Shown piece after piece: positions 27,883 through 37,931 of a DNA stretch of 64,000 nt (positions are counted from its first letter, which is position 1; each line of letters opens with the position of its first letter). Under the pieces are notes generated by a model, which saw nothing but the letters and a program-made list of their open reading frames with translations, was not told the DNA's origin and ran no database searches. The translations under genes and the position numbers were made by a program. Source of the stretch: Acidimicrobiia bacterium (GTDB lineage Bacteria > Actinomycetota > Acidimicrobiia > Spongiisociales > ZC4RG35); the NCBI GenBank assembly GCA_965203555.1, contig CBDBCY010000004.1, forward strand, positions 1,696,001-1,760,000, given 5' to 3'.

Positions 27883-29247
27883 ATGACATACCCAAACGAA
27901 TTGACCCTGGTGGAAGCGGCGTCTCAAATCAAAAAGGGAAAACTGTCCGCCCGCGAACTTCTGGAAGCGTGTCTCAGCCGGTTGGAAGAGACCGAACCGA
28001 CCGTTGGGGCCTTCGCCCTGGTTGCGGCCGACACCGCCCGAGCCGAGGCCCTGCGGTTGGACTCCCAGCCGGCGACCGGGCCGCTTCATGGCTTGCCCAT
28101 CGCGTTGAAGGACCTGATCTTCACCTCGGACATGAACACCGAGGCCAATTGTGAGGCTCTCGCCGGTTTTCGGCCCGACGCCGACGCCACCGTGGTAACC
28201 AGGCTCAAAGCGGCCGGGGCAATCATCGTGGGAAAGACCAATACGCACGAGCTCGCATACGGCGTTTCGTGTCCCGCTTCGCGAAACCCATGGGACGTCA
28301 ACAGAATGACCGGTGGGTCATCCGGTGGCAGCGCGGCCGCATTGGCTGCCCGGATGGCGCCGGGCGCCATCGGAACCGACACGGGTGGATCGGTACGGAT
28401 TCCCTCCGGTTGCTGTGGCGTCACCGCCATCAAGACCACCGCCGGTCTGGTGCCGCGGGACGGTGTTCATCTCATTTCCACCACCTACGACACCGTGGGT
28501 CCCATGGCCCGTACCGCCGCCGACTGCGCCCTGCTGCTGGAGGTGATAGCCGGTCCGTCGTCACATGACCCGTATTCGAGACCCATTCACCTCAATCACC
28601 ATATCGATGTTTCCGCCACTCGACTCGGCGTGCCCACCGACGCCTACTTCCACGGCATCGAGACCGACCCGGAGGTGATGGGGATCATGGAAGCCGCCAT
28701 CGATTTGCTAACCGGGCTGCTCGGTGGTGTCAAGTCGGTCGAGGCGCCGAACACCGCCGAACATTTCGAGGCGGGCGCCGCGATCGTCTTTGCCGAATCA
28801 GCCTATCTGCTCGGAAAGATCAGAGAGTCAAGTCCCGAAAAGATCGGCGCAGAACCACGCCAGATCATGGACATGGGCGCGGCTATCCGCGCTCCCGAAC
28901 TGGCGGCGGCCTATGACGCACGGGCACGCTTCCAAAACAAATACAGAAAGATCTTTTCCGAGCAGCAGGTGGACGTGATCATCGCTCCGGTCATTCCCAC
29001 GCAGACCCTGCCGCACGGCGTGGAAACTCTGAACGATCTGCCTCTCATTCCCGCCCTGACTCAATTCTGCTTCCCGGTCAATGGGGCCGGATTGCCCTCT
29101 ATCGCGCTTCCCGGAGGTTTCGCTCCGGACCGACTCCCCATCGGGTTCCAACTGATCGGCAGACCCGGCGCCGATCTTGACCTCGCCCGAATCGGGGAAC
29201 GTTATCAAGAGGCGACCGAATGGCATCGCCGCGCTCCGATCTTATGA
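27883..29247 (+). CDS. Amidase-signature enzyme
   Basis: ALKDL, GKTNTHE, GGSSGGS, GTDTGGSVRIP. Confidence 0.92.
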   Translation: MTYPNELTLVEAASQIKKGKLSARELLEACLSRLEETEPTVGAFALVAADTARAEALRLDSQPATGPLHGLPIALKDLIFTSDMNTEANCEALAGFRPDADATVVTRLKAAGAIIVGKTNTHELAYGVSCPASRNPWDVNRMTGGSSGGSAAALAARMAPGAIGTDTGGSVRIPSGCCGVTAIKTTAGLVPRDGVHLISTTYDTVGPMARTAADCALLLEVIAGPSSHDPYSRPIHLNHHIDVSATRLGVPTDAYFHGIETDPEVMGIMEAAIDLLTGLLGGVKSVEAPNTAEHFEAGAAIVFAESAYLLGKIRESSPEKIGAEPRQIMDMGAAIRAPELAAAYDARARFQNKYRKIFSEQQVDVIIAPVIPTQTLPHGVETLNDLPLIPALTQFCFPVNGAGLPSIALPGGFAPDRLPIGFQLIGRPGADLDLARIGERYQEATEWHRRAPIL

Positions 29248-30077
29248 GGTCCGTCATGTCAACGGACCCGAAGCTGTGGACTGATCTGATCGACTACGCC
29301 GGCGTGTTCCCTCCGGCGCGGCTGGGGGTGGCCGAGGCGCTGGCCCGGTATGACAAAGCGGCTTCGGGAGAGGACTGCTGGATGCTCGGCGCCTGTCTCC
29401 TCAAGGCAAGCCAACTATACGGCCTCATGCCCGGTCAGGCGCCAAGCCGCCTGGGAGTGGTCCTCGACCTCCCGACGGTCGAAATCGCCGATCACTGGAA
29501 AATGAACCAGATAGAAATGGTCCTTGCCGCCGGACCGGTCGAGGAGCAGGTGAGGCCGGTGGCGGAAAGGTCTTCGGTTGTTTATGTCGAGAGTCGGCAT
29601 CCGACCGACCTGACCCATCTCGGGGAACTAGCCGCCCTGCGAAAGGCCGGCATCGACGCCAGAGCCAAACTTCGGACCGGCGGGGTCTCCGCCAATTCGT
29701 TTCCATCGGTCGAGCAGGTAGCGAGGTTCATCGAAGCCACCCTCGAACTCGGAGTGCCTTTCAAGGCCACCGCCGGCCTGCATCATCCGATCCGCCGTAC
29801 ATCGGACACGCCGGGCATCACCGAACACGGCTTCATCAACCTGCTGGCCGCGGTGCGAGCTGCCCTGGCCGACACCCCCTCCGATGTCCGGAATGCGCTC
29901 TCCTCGACCGACGCGAAACAATTCGATCTGACCAACGCCACCTGGCGGAAAGTGGGGAGGGCCGTGCCTCCCGCATCCATCCGGACAGTCTTTCGGTCTT
30001 TCGGATCATGCAGCTTCGAAGAACCCTCCCACTACCTCCGCAAACTGGGAGTAGCTCCCCACAGGGCCGATCGGTGA
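29244..30077 (+). CDS. Conserved hypothetical protein adjacent to fahA
   Basis: ATGA and GTGA overlaps with both neighbours; motif-like LIDYAGVFPP, KLRTGG, FKATAGLHHP, HGFINL, FGSCSFEEP. Confidence 0.8.
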   Translation: MRSVMSTDPKLWTDLIDYAGVFPPARLGVAEALARYDKAASGEDCWMLGACLLKASQLYGLMPGQAPSRLGVVLDLPTVEIADHWKMNQIEMVLAAGPVEEQVRPVAERSSVVYVESRHPTDLTHLGELAALRKAGIDARAKLRTGGVSANSFPSVEQVARFIEATLELGVPFKATAGLHHPIRRTSDTPGITEHGFINLLAAVRAALADTPSDVRNALSSTDAKQFDLTNATWRKVGRAVPPASIRTVFRSFGSCSFEEPSHYLRKLGVAPHRADR

Positions 30078-31261
30078 CCACCTGTTTTCCCCCCGCGGCG
30101 CTCCCCTACGGGGTATTCGATTGCGGAGACCATCGCCGGCTGGGAGTGGGCCTGGGCAACGAGATCATAGACCTGGAGGCGGAGGCGCGCTCCCGCCGTA
30201 TCACTTCCGTCGATCCCGATCTGTTGACAACCGGTCGGCTGAACGAACTGCTGGCCGCCGGACTCCCTTCCTGGAAGGCCCTCCGGGAAGAGCTCGCCGT
30301 CTTGGTGGCGGAAGGCGATTTCGCAGAACAGCCCATCCCCCAATCCCAGGCGAACATGCACCTTGCCTGGGACATCGGCGACTACGTGGACTTCTACTCG
30401 TCACTCTGTCACGCTGAAAACGTGGGGAGGATGTTCCGTCCCGGCCAGGCGCCTCTTTTCCCCAATTGGCGCCACCTGCCGGTTGCGTACCACGGCCGAA
30501 GCGGCACGGTAGTGGTGGACGGCACGCCTATTCGCCGTCCTGTCGGCCAGTACAAGACCAAAGACGGGAAGGTGGTGTTCGGCCCCAGCATCCGGCTGGA
30601 CATCGAGTTGGAGATTGGTTTCGTCCTCGGGGGAGAATCCACTTCGGGGGAACCGATACCCATCACCGAGGCGGCCGACCATTTATTCGGAGTAGTACTG
30701 GTCAACGATTGGAGCGCCCGCGATCTGCAAGCCTGGGAATACCTACCCCTGGGACCCTTTCTGGGCAAGTCGTTCGCCACCTCGGCGTCGGCCTGGGTTA
30801 TACCCATCGATGCCCTGCAAGCCGTCAGGGTTTGGGGGCCCGAGCAAACCGATCCGACACCCCTTCCCTATTTGCAGAGCGCCGAACCCTGGGGCCTCTC
30901 GCTGGATCTGCAGATCTGGATGCGCCCTTCAGGCGCCGGGGCGGCGGCCAGGATTGCCGAGGTCAACACGGCTGAGGCCCTCTACTGGAACGCCGCTCAG
31001 CAACTCGCCCATATGACAGTCAACGGCGCCACCGTCCGCCCAGGTGACCTGTTCGCTTCCGGCACCGTGTCCGGACCGGAAAAGAGCCAACGAGGGAGCT
31101 TGCTGGAACTCGGCTGGGCTGGGGCCGAACCTATCAGAGTGGCCGGAGTGGAGCGCTCGTTTCTGCAAGACGGTGACGAAATCATCCTGACCGGATCGGC
31201 GCCGGATCCGCACGGCCCGATTCCACTTGGACCAGTGGCCGGAGTTGTTCATCCTCGCTAA
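30074..31261 (+). CDS. fahA: Fumarylacetoacetase
   Basis: DYVDFYSS, YHGRSGT, LDIELE, NDWSARDLQAWEYLPLGPFLGKSF, SGTVSG. Confidence 0.93.
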   Translation: MTTCFPPAALPYGVFDCGDHRRLGVGLGNEIIDLEAEARSRRITSVDPDLLTTGRLNELLAAGLPSWKALREELAVLVAEGDFAEQPIPQSQANMHLAWDIGDYVDFYSSLCHAENVGRMFRPGQAPLFPNWRHLPVAYHGRSGTVVVDGTPIRRPVGQYKTKDGKVVFGPSIRLDIELEIGFVLGGESTSGEPIPITEAADHLFGVVLVNDWSARDLQAWEYLPLGPFLGKSFATSASAWVIPIDALQAVRVWGPEQTDPTPLPYLQSAEPWGLSLDLQIWMRPSGAGAAARIAEVNTAEALYWNAAQQLAHMTVNGATVRPGDLFASGTVSGPEKSQRGSLLELGWAGAEPIRVAGVERSFLQDGDEIILTGSAPDPHGPIPLGPVAGVVHPR

Positions 31262-31277
31262 AGAGAAAGGAAATACC

Positions 31278-32231
31278 ATGTCCAAACCATTTGCCTCTTC
31301 CGAGGACCTGACTCCGATTGAGGACATCCTCGAAATCCTCGCCGACGGTGTGTACGCCCTCACCGCCGGCGGCGATCCCACCGTGGGCGCCATAGAAGGT
31401 GAAGATTTCTTGATCTGCTTCGAAGCCCGCGCCACCCCCTACATGGCCGGCCTCTGGCTGGACAGGCTGCGGGAACATACCGACAAACCGATCCGCTACC
31501 TGGTGCTGTCCCACTATCACGCGGTGCGGACGCTGGGCGCCGCCGCTTTTGACGCCGAGATGATCGTTTCCTCGACGGAGACCCGTCGTCTCATCGCCGA
31601 GCGAGGACGCCAGGACTGGGAATCGGAAGCCGCCCGCATGCCGCGCCTCTTCCAAGGCGCAGAAACCATACCGGGGTTGACCTGGCCCACTGTCACCTTC
31701 ACCGACTCGGTCACCATTCACCTGGGCGGAGAACGGGGCACGGTGGATCTTCGCTTTCTGGGCCGGGGTCACACCTCCGGCGACATCGTGGCGTGGATGC
31801 CACGGCAGCGGATTCTGTTCGCAGGCGACCTGGTCGAGTCGGAAGCCGCTCTTTACACCGGCGACGCATACCACCTCGAATGGATGTCCACCACCTTGGA
31901 CCGGGTAAAAGCCCTGGACGCCTCCACTTTGGTGGGCGGACGCGGAAGGGTGGTCAGGGAAGAGGAAGTCGGCGCCGCCATCGACCAGACCCGGGGATTT
32001 CTGTTGACTTTGAAGGATGCTGTCGAGTCGGTCCAGAGTCGGGGCGGCACTCTCAAAGACGCTTTCGAATCCGCCCACCGGGCGCTGGCGCCCCGGTACG
32101 GGCGGTGGCCGATTTTCGAGCACTGTCTCCCCTTCGATGTCTCCCGGATTTGGGACGAGTTGGCCGGGGCCCAACCGGTGATCTGGACGACGGAGCGGGA
32201 CCAGGCGATCTGGAACCAACTGCAGAGATAG
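31278..32231 (+). CDS. MBL-fold protein with variant metal motif (HYHAVR)
   Basis: LVLSHYHAVRTLG, GRGHTSGD, FAGDLVE, FEHCLPF; AAGGA before ATG 31278. Confidence 0.82.
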   Translation: MSKPFASSEDLTPIEDILEILADGVYALTAGGDPTVGAIEGEDFLICFEARATPYMAGLWLDRLREHTDKPIRYLVLSHYHAVRTLGAAAFDAEMIVSSTETRRLIAERGRQDWESEAARMPRLFQGAETIPGLTWPTVTFTDSVTIHLGGERGTVDLRFLGRGHTSGDIVAWMPRQRILFAGDLVESEAALYTGDAYHLEWMSTTLDRVKALDASTLVGGRGRVVREEEVGAAIDQTRGFLLTLKDAVESVQSRGGTLKDAFESAHRALAPRYGRWPIFEHCLPFDVSRIWDELAGAQPVIWTTERDQAIWNQLQR

Positions 32232-32234
32232 AAC

Positions 32235-33785
32235 GTGCCCGACACTCAGGTGCTGATCGTCGGCGCCGGCCCGGTAGGAATGACCGCCGCTCTGCTTCTC
32301 GCCAGGTTCGGGGTTGAATCGATCATGTTGGAATCCCGGTCCCGCCGTGACCCGATCGGTTCCAAATCCCTCTGTATCCAGGGGGACGTGCTGGAGGTGC
32401 TGGAACGAGTCGGCATCGCGGAGAACCTCGTCTCCGAGGGGGTCACCTGGCAATTGGGGCGCACTTATTACCGGCGCCACGAGTTGTTCCGGATTACCTT
32501 TCCCCGCACCGGCCAGGCCCACTTTCCGCCCTTCGTCAACATCGGACAGGATCGCGTCGAATACTGGCTGGAAAGAAGGGTCCGGGCCGAGCCTCTCACC
32601 AGTATCCGCTACCGCCATCGGGTCGTGGGGATCTCCAACCATCCCGATCAGGTGGCCGTCACCGTCAGCCGGGACGGCCGAACCCACACCATAGCGGGCC
32701 GGTATGCCATCTGCGCCGGCGGGGCCAGGGATCCGGGTCGCAGGCTCCTGGGAATCGGCTTTCCCGGGAAGTCGTTCGACGACCGGTTCCTGATCTGCGA
32801 CATCCGGGCGGCGCTGCCTTTCGGCGCCGAACGCCGTTTCTTCTTCGATCCCCCTTGGAACCCCGATCGGCAGGTGCTGATCCATCCCCAGGCCGACTCG
32901 GTGTGGCGAATCGACTGGCAGGTACCTCCCGATTTCGACCTGGAGCGGGCCCGCGCCTCCGGCGCTCTGGAGGATCTGATCAGACAGATTGTCGGCAACC
33001 AGGACTACGAGATTATTTGGATGTCGGTCTACCGATTCCACCAGAGGCTCGCTGATCGTTTCGCGGTGGGACGATCCTATTTGGCCGGGGACGCCGCCCA
33101 CCTGTACGCCCCCTTCGGCGCCAGGGGCCTGAACTCCGGCATCCAGGATGCGGAGAATATCGCCTGGAAGCTGGCCTCCGTTTTCCGCGGCTGGGCGCCC
33201 GACTCTCTTCTCGGCACGTACGAAACCGAACGCCGGGCCGCCGCCGAGGAGAATCTGGCGGCAACCGGCGCCACCATGGATTTCCTGGTACCCCGGGACG
33301 AGGCTGGCTGGCGCCGACGGCGGGCTCTTCTCGACCGGGCGATCACCGACGCAAGCGCCCGCCGTCTCATCGACTCCGGACGATTGGCGGAACCGTACGT
33401 ATACCTCGACTCACCCCTCACCACACCGGGAGCGGCGCCGGGGGAGACGGTGGAGAGCGCCACGCCGCCCGGAGCAGTGTGCCCGGACGGCCCCTGCCAA
33501 GTCGAAGCCCGTCCCGGGATCTTCCGACTCCGCCAGTTGTTCGGACAGGGGTTGGTCATGCTTTACCGGGACGTCAAACCTCCCGACCTGAACATCGGAC
33601 CGGTCCCGCTTGACATCTACGACCTCGACGCCATGGACAACCAGGGCCGACTGGGACCGCTCCTGGGCGTCGAACCCGGCCACGCAGCCCTGATCCGCCC
33701 CGACGGTCACATCGCGGCGAAGGTTCCCACCCGAGGGAGAATCCTGAACGCCGCGGCGCGCAGAGCGATTGGAGAAACCTTATGA
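32235..33785 (+). CDS. FAD-dependent aromatic monooxygenase (MhpA/PcpB-like)
   Basis: IVGAGPVG, AGDAAHLYAPFGARGLNSGIQDA, LIRPDGHIA. Confidence 0.88.
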   Translation: MPDTQVLIVGAGPVGMTAALLLARFGVESIMLESRSRRDPIGSKSLCIQGDVLEVLERVGIAENLVSEGVTWQLGRTYYRRHELFRITFPRTGQAHFPPFVNIGQDRVEYWLERRVRAEPLTSIRYRHRVVGISNHPDQVAVTVSRDGRTHTIAGRYAICAGGARDPGRRLLGIGFPGKSFDDRFLICDIRAALPFGAERRFFFDPPWNPDRQVLIHPQADSVWRIDWQVPPDFDLERARASGALEDLIRQIVGNQDYEIIWMSVYRFHQRLADRFAVGRSYLAGDAAHLYAPFGARGLNSGIQDAENIAWKLASVFRGWAPDSLLGTYETERRAAAEENLAATGATMDFLVPRDEAGWRRRRALLDRAITDASARRLIDSGRLAEPYVYLDSPLTTPGAAPGETVESATPPGAVCPDGPCQVEARPGIFRLRQLFGQGLVMLYRDVKPPDLNIGPVPLDIYDLDAMDNQGRLGPLLGVEPGHAALIRPDGHIAAKVPTRGRILNAAARRAIGETL

Positions 33786-35101
33786 ACGAATATCAGGAAC
33801 CCACCCCGCTACAGCATCCTCCCTATCTGTCCGGCTTCGGCGCACAGCTTGAGTCGGAAGCTGTGGAAGGAGCGCTGCCGACGGGACAGAACAACCCTCA
33901 AAAGCCGCCGCTGGGTCTTTACACTGAGCAGCTTTCCGGCACGGCTTTCACCGTTCCCAACCACCGCAACCGGCGCACTTGGTTCTATCGCATCCGCCCT
34001 TCGGTGCGCCATGCCTGGCGCTTCACAGAGGCTTCCAGTTACATGATCCGCACTTCTCCCTGCCGGGAGGAGGCGGCGGTCATCGGTCAGTTGCGGTGGA
34101 ACCCTCCGGCTTTCCCCGATCATTCCACCACCTTCGTCACCGGTATCCACACCATCGCCGCCAACGGGAACGCCCATCTGCAGACCGGAATGGCGGCTCA
34201 CATATACATGGCGACCGAATCGATGACCGACACCTATTTCTACAACGCCGACGGTGAGTTTCTGATCGTGCTGCAGGAGGGCAGCCTGCGATTCATCACC
34301 GAATGCGGGGTCCTGGTGGCCTCGCCCGGCGACATAGTGGTGATACCCCGGGGGCTGGTCTACCGCGTGGAGTTGACAGAGGCCCGGGCGAGGGGCTACA
34401 TCTGTGAGAACTACGGCCTCTACTTCGAACTTCCGGAAAGAGGCCCGATCGGCGCCAACGGTCTGGCCAATCCTCGCGACTTCCTACATCCCACCGCGTA
34501 TTTTGAAGACATCGAGAAGCCGGGCGAACTCTCCGTTAAATTCGACGGACGCCTGTTCTCGGTGGAGACCGACTACTCGCCGCTTGACGTGGTGGGTTGG
34601 CACGGGAACCACGTTCCGTACAAATATGACCTGCGGCTTTTCAATGTGATCGGCTCCATCAGCTTCGACCATCCCGATCCTTCGATCTTCACCGTATTGA
34701 CCTCACCTTCCCCCGATGAAGGGGTGGCGAACGTAGACCTGGCAGTCTTCACCGATCGCTGGTTGGTGGGAGAACACACCTTCCGTCCGCCCTATTACCA
34801 CAAGAACATCATGAGCGAATTCATGGGCATCCTCTACGGTCAGTACGACGCCAAGGAGGAGGGGTTCTCACCGGGGGGTATGAGCCTCCACAACATGTAC
34901 TTCCCGCACGGCCCCGATCACGACGCCTGGCTGAAGGCCACCACCTCCGACCTGGCGCCTGAAAAGCTGTCCGACACCATGGCTTTCATGTTCGAGACGC
35001 GTTATCCGCTGACGCCGACTCGCTATGCCGGGTCGATACCGGCCCTCCAGGAGGACTATCCCAGCGTGTGGCACAGCCTGGAAAGGCACTTTTCCGGTTG
35101 A
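33782..35101 (+). CDS. hmgA: Homogentisate 1,2-dioxygenase
   Basis: LYTEQLSGTAFT, YRIRPS, DHPDPSIFTVLT, FRPPYYHKNIMSEFMG, PHGPD. Confidence 0.96.
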   Translation: MNEYQEPTPLQHPPYLSGFGAQLESEAVEGALPTGQNNPQKPPLGLYTEQLSGTAFTVPNHRNRRTWFYRIRPSVRHAWRFTEASSYMIRTSPCREEAAVIGQLRWNPPAFPDHSTTFVTGIHTIAANGNAHLQTGMAAHIYMATESMTDTYFYNADGEFLIVLQEGSLRFITECGVLVASPGDIVVIPRGLVYRVELTEARARGYICENYGLYFELPERGPIGANGLANPRDFLHPTAYFEDIEKPGELSVKFDGRLFSVETDYSPLDVVGWHGNHVPYKYDLRLFNVIGSISFDHPDPSIFTVLTSPSPDEGVANVDLAVFTDRWLVGEHTFRPPYYHKNIMSEFMGILYGQYDAKEEGFSPGGMSLHNMYFPHGPDHDAWLKATTSDLAPEKLSDTMAFMFETRYPLTPTRYAGSIPALQEDYPSVWHSLERHFSG

Positions 35102-35151
35102 CCGGCGCCACCTGTGGCCATGCCGGCAGGAAACAACCCGGAGCAACCGCA

Positions 35152-36603
35152 TCAGGCCGAATGACGGCGAACGCCGTCCAGCGAGTCCAGCACGGACAGC
35201 CTTTCGGAGGTTGCCACAGCAAGATAGAGAGGCTGGGAGACATGGCCCCGTCCGCTTACTGCCAGCCTTCCTCGAGGACTGTCGAAACGGCGTCCCCTGA
35301 GTTTTCTCATCACCGACAGTCCCTGGGTGGTGCGGGCCTCACGTGCTGCGTCGCACCAAAGACGGACCGCGTTGTAGACGCTTTCCGACAAACCGGATAC
35401 GGGGGGAGCGCAATCTCCGAAGGCGGAAAGGTACCGGTCCAGGAATTGCCGGTTTTCAACCGTTCGAAGGTCCTTGAAGTAGCCGAGCACATTCCACATG
35501 CCATCGGCGGCAGGGCCGATGTGTTCCAAAGTTGTTTCGTCCAGCAGAGGGGCGAAGGTTCGGGTCGTGGAACGCAGTCCGGCCGCGGCGAATTCCCTTT
35601 CAAAACGCACTTGGTCCTGGCCCACGAAACTCGACACCACCAATTCCGCTCCCACAGTCGAGATATCCTCGATGAGCGCGTCGAAATTTCGGCTGCCCAA
35701 CGGCAGGTAGGACTCACCCAGGACGGCTCCTCGCATATTATGGATGATCCCCTGGGCCGTAGCGCCGATGGCCCGCGGCCAGGAGTAGTCGTTGCCCACC
35801 AAATACCATCGATAACCTCCCGTCTCGGCCGCCAACCGGGGCAGAGCCCGATGCAGTTGATCGATCGGGGTCTCCCCCAACCGCAGCAGCAAAGGATGGG
35901 TGCCCATTTCCTCACTGGTGGGTGCGTACAGGTAGGGAACCCCATCTTGGACAGGCATTTCTCTTACCGCCCTGTACGTGGCAGAACTGTGCATGCCTAC
36001 CACCGCTTGCACTCTATGCACCCGGAGCAAGCGGCGCATGGCCACCGCCGCGGTGTCGATGTCCGTCCCGTCGTCAGCTGTGACGATCCGTACCCGACGG
36101 CCGGTGACTCCCCCGTCGGCGTTTACTTCGGCTACGGCCATCTCTGCACAGTTGACGGTGGCCCGTCCAAAAATTCCAGCGGGACCGGAAAGCGAGACCA
36201 GCAGCCCGATTCTTATCTCATTGGCGGAAAGCGGTCCGGGAACATTCAAACCGAGCCGCTCGGAAAGCCATCCGATATCGCCGCTGTCGACTTCGACCAC
36301 CAGTCGTATTCTGGAACCGGCGCCGGACCGCTTGAACCGGCAACTCACTCGTCCCGACCACGGCGACTCATGAACAATGTCTATGCGGCGATAGGGGACA
36401 ACCCTGTGCACCCGGGCTACGCCCTCGGTGGCGCCCAGGCCGCCGAGGGGCACCATCATTCTGACCGGCGCGCCCCTTTTGAGATCGGCGATGTCGGCGC
36501 CGAACAGCCATCCCAAAGACTCATCGCCTGTGCCAAACTTTTCGAACAGGATGGCGGGAGGTAGATCAATGTCCATGAATCGGGAGAAGGCCAGAAGGGG
36601 CAT
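35152..36603 (-). CDS. Putative cytoplasmic sensor: SRPBCC/START-like N domain fused to an AmiC-like ligand-binding domain
   Basis: No signal peptide. C part IRIGLLVSLSGPAGIFG, GMHSSA, GNDYSWPR resembles the binding protein at 23170. N-domain assignment and start codon are uncertain. Confidence 0.65.
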   Translation of the reverse strand: MPLLAFSRFMDIDLPPAILFEKFGTGDESLGWLFGADIADLKRGAPVRMMVPLGGLGATEGVARVHRVVPYRRIDIVHESPWSGRVSCRFKRSGAGSRIRLVVEVDSGDIGWLSERLGLNVPGPLSANEIRIGLLVSLSGPAGIFGRATVNCAEMAVAEVNADGGVTGRRVRIVTADDGTDIDTAAVAMRRLLRVHRVQAVVGMHSSATYRAVREMPVQDGVPYLYAPTSEEMGTHPLLLRLGETPIDQLHRALPRLAAETGGYRWYLVGNDYSWPRAIGATAQGIIHNMRGAVLGESYLPLGSRNFDALIEDISTVGAELVVSSFVGQDQVRFEREFAAAGLRSTTRTFAPLLDETTLEHIGPAADGMWNVLGYFKDLRTVENRQFLDRYLSAFGDCAPPVSGLSESVYNAVRLWCDAAREARTTQGLSVMRKLRGRRFDSPRGRLAVSGRGHVSQPLYLAVATSERLSVLDSLDGVRRHSA

Positions 36604-36613
36604 AGCCGGTTGA

Positions 36614-36952
36614 CTAGGCGGTCTTCTCTGCCGCGCTCCGGCCGGGCGCCGCTTCGAGCACAGCTTCCCGAAGTTGATCCAAAGAGTCGTGATAGACCGA
36701 CATGAGAAAGGAGACCACCGCATCCGCCCGGTTGGAACCCAGGGAATAGATGCGAAAACGACCCTCGCTGCGTTTTACGACCAGATTCGCCAACCGGAGG
36801 ATCCTCAAATGCGCGGAGACCGCGTTACGGCTCATGTGTGGAAAGGACTCTGCGATCTGGGTAACCGTGACGGCTTCGTTCTGGCCTATAAGGCACAGGA
36901 TCTCTCGTCTGGTGGGATCGGCCAAGGCTTGGAAAACTGTATCGTCGTCCAT
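36614..36952 (-). CDS. ArsR/SmtB-family transcriptional regulator
   Basis: FQALADPTRREIL, AVSAHLRILRLANLV, EGRFRIY. Confidence 0.88.
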   Translation of the reverse strand: MDDDTVFQALADPTRREILCLIGQNEAVTVTQIAESFPHMSRNAVSAHLRILRLANLVVKRSEGRFRIYSLGSNRADAVVSFLMSVYHDSLDQLREAVLEAAPGRSAAEKTA

Positions 36953-37058
36953 GTCAGAGAATAAGCAGTCGATATGTATCCATGTTTTTACATGATAGGC
37001 GCCTCGGGCCGCCAGTCCCTCGAGAAGCCGTCCTCGTGGAACCGTCCGGCGGCGATCG

Positions 37059-37475
37059 TCAACGGAACAGAGTGAAACCTTGGTCAGCGAAGTCCCTGTC
37101 AAATGCCAGGGCCAGCTCCACCGAACACTTTCGCATCAGTTCGAATGAAGTCCAATCCGCCAGTGAAACATCTCGGCGACCGGCTGCGAGCATGGCGCTG
37201 ACCGCCCTGGTGTGCAATGCCTCATCAGGCCGGACCACCTGTATCACGTCCAGGAGATCGTCGTGAAGATCCCGCAGCGCCGACATTCCGAGCCGCCGCT
37301 GCACGAGTGCGCTGCTCTCCACGACAACTCCGTGATGGGTCAGAGCCGCAAGGCGCCCATCCTCAATCCCTTCCAGCAATCGATCCCACCCTGCGGCGGC
37401 ATCCTGGTGGACGGTGTCATCGCGGTCCAACAACGCGTACAGGGCAGACGTGTCGACCAAAACGGAGGTACTCAT
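37059..37475 (-). CDS. vapC: PIN-domain toxin
   Basis: LVDTSALYAL, VVVES, SLADWTSF, AFDRDF. Confidence 0.88.
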   Translation of the reverse strand: MSTSVLVDTSALYALLDRDDTVHQDAAAGWDRLLEGIEDGRLAALTHHGVVVESSALVQRRLGMSALRDLHDDLLDVIQVVRPDEALHTRAVSAMLAAGRRDVSLADWTSFELMRKCSVELALAFDRDFADQGFTLFR

Positions 37476-37711
37476 ACCGAGAATGCGTCGTCCAGGGCCT
37501 CATCATGTCGGACGGCGGTTCTTGAGTGTCCTGACCGGTAAACACCGACCGGACGCCGCGCTCTTTGCACTCGTTGGGAGAGATCATCCTCGGCGAGCAG
37601 AACTTCCAACGCTTGGCGCATGAGAGAAGCCTGTGAAACGTTCCTTGCCCTGGCGAGCAAACGCAGGCGCTCGGCCTGTTCCTCCGTAAGGGATATCTGG
37701 GTACGGATCAT
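37472..37711 (-). CDS. vapB: Ribbon-helix-helix antitoxin
   Basis: MIRTQISLTEEQ...SLMRQAL...RHDEAL; ATGA overlap with the toxin; CATCATGATG palindrome at 37738-37747 upstream. Confidence 0.85.
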   Translation of the reverse strand: MIRTQISLTEEQAERLRLLARARNVSQASLMRQALEVLLAEDDLSQRVQRARRPVGVYRSGHSRTAVRHDEALDDAFSV

Positions 37712-37931
37712 AGCCCATCAATGATAACAACAAATGCCATCATGATGTATTGAGAGATCAACAGGGTCCCTCCCCCGCGGGCCCGCTCGCACAAACACAC
37801 AGTACGCGCCACCACCTTTCGAGACCTTCACACACCGGCGACTCCAGACTCGGATCAACCTGATCTCTTGCCGGAAACCAAGGCAGGGTTAAGATTCCTC
37901 CTAAGTAGCAAACCCAACGGAGGAGCCTGCC

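Noticed and set aside
35068-36564. Long antisense ORFs (also 8394-9755, 31182-33101, 51314-52822, 53094-54686 and others)
   Set aside because: Shadow frames of motif-bearing genes in high-GC DNA, with no motifs of their own.
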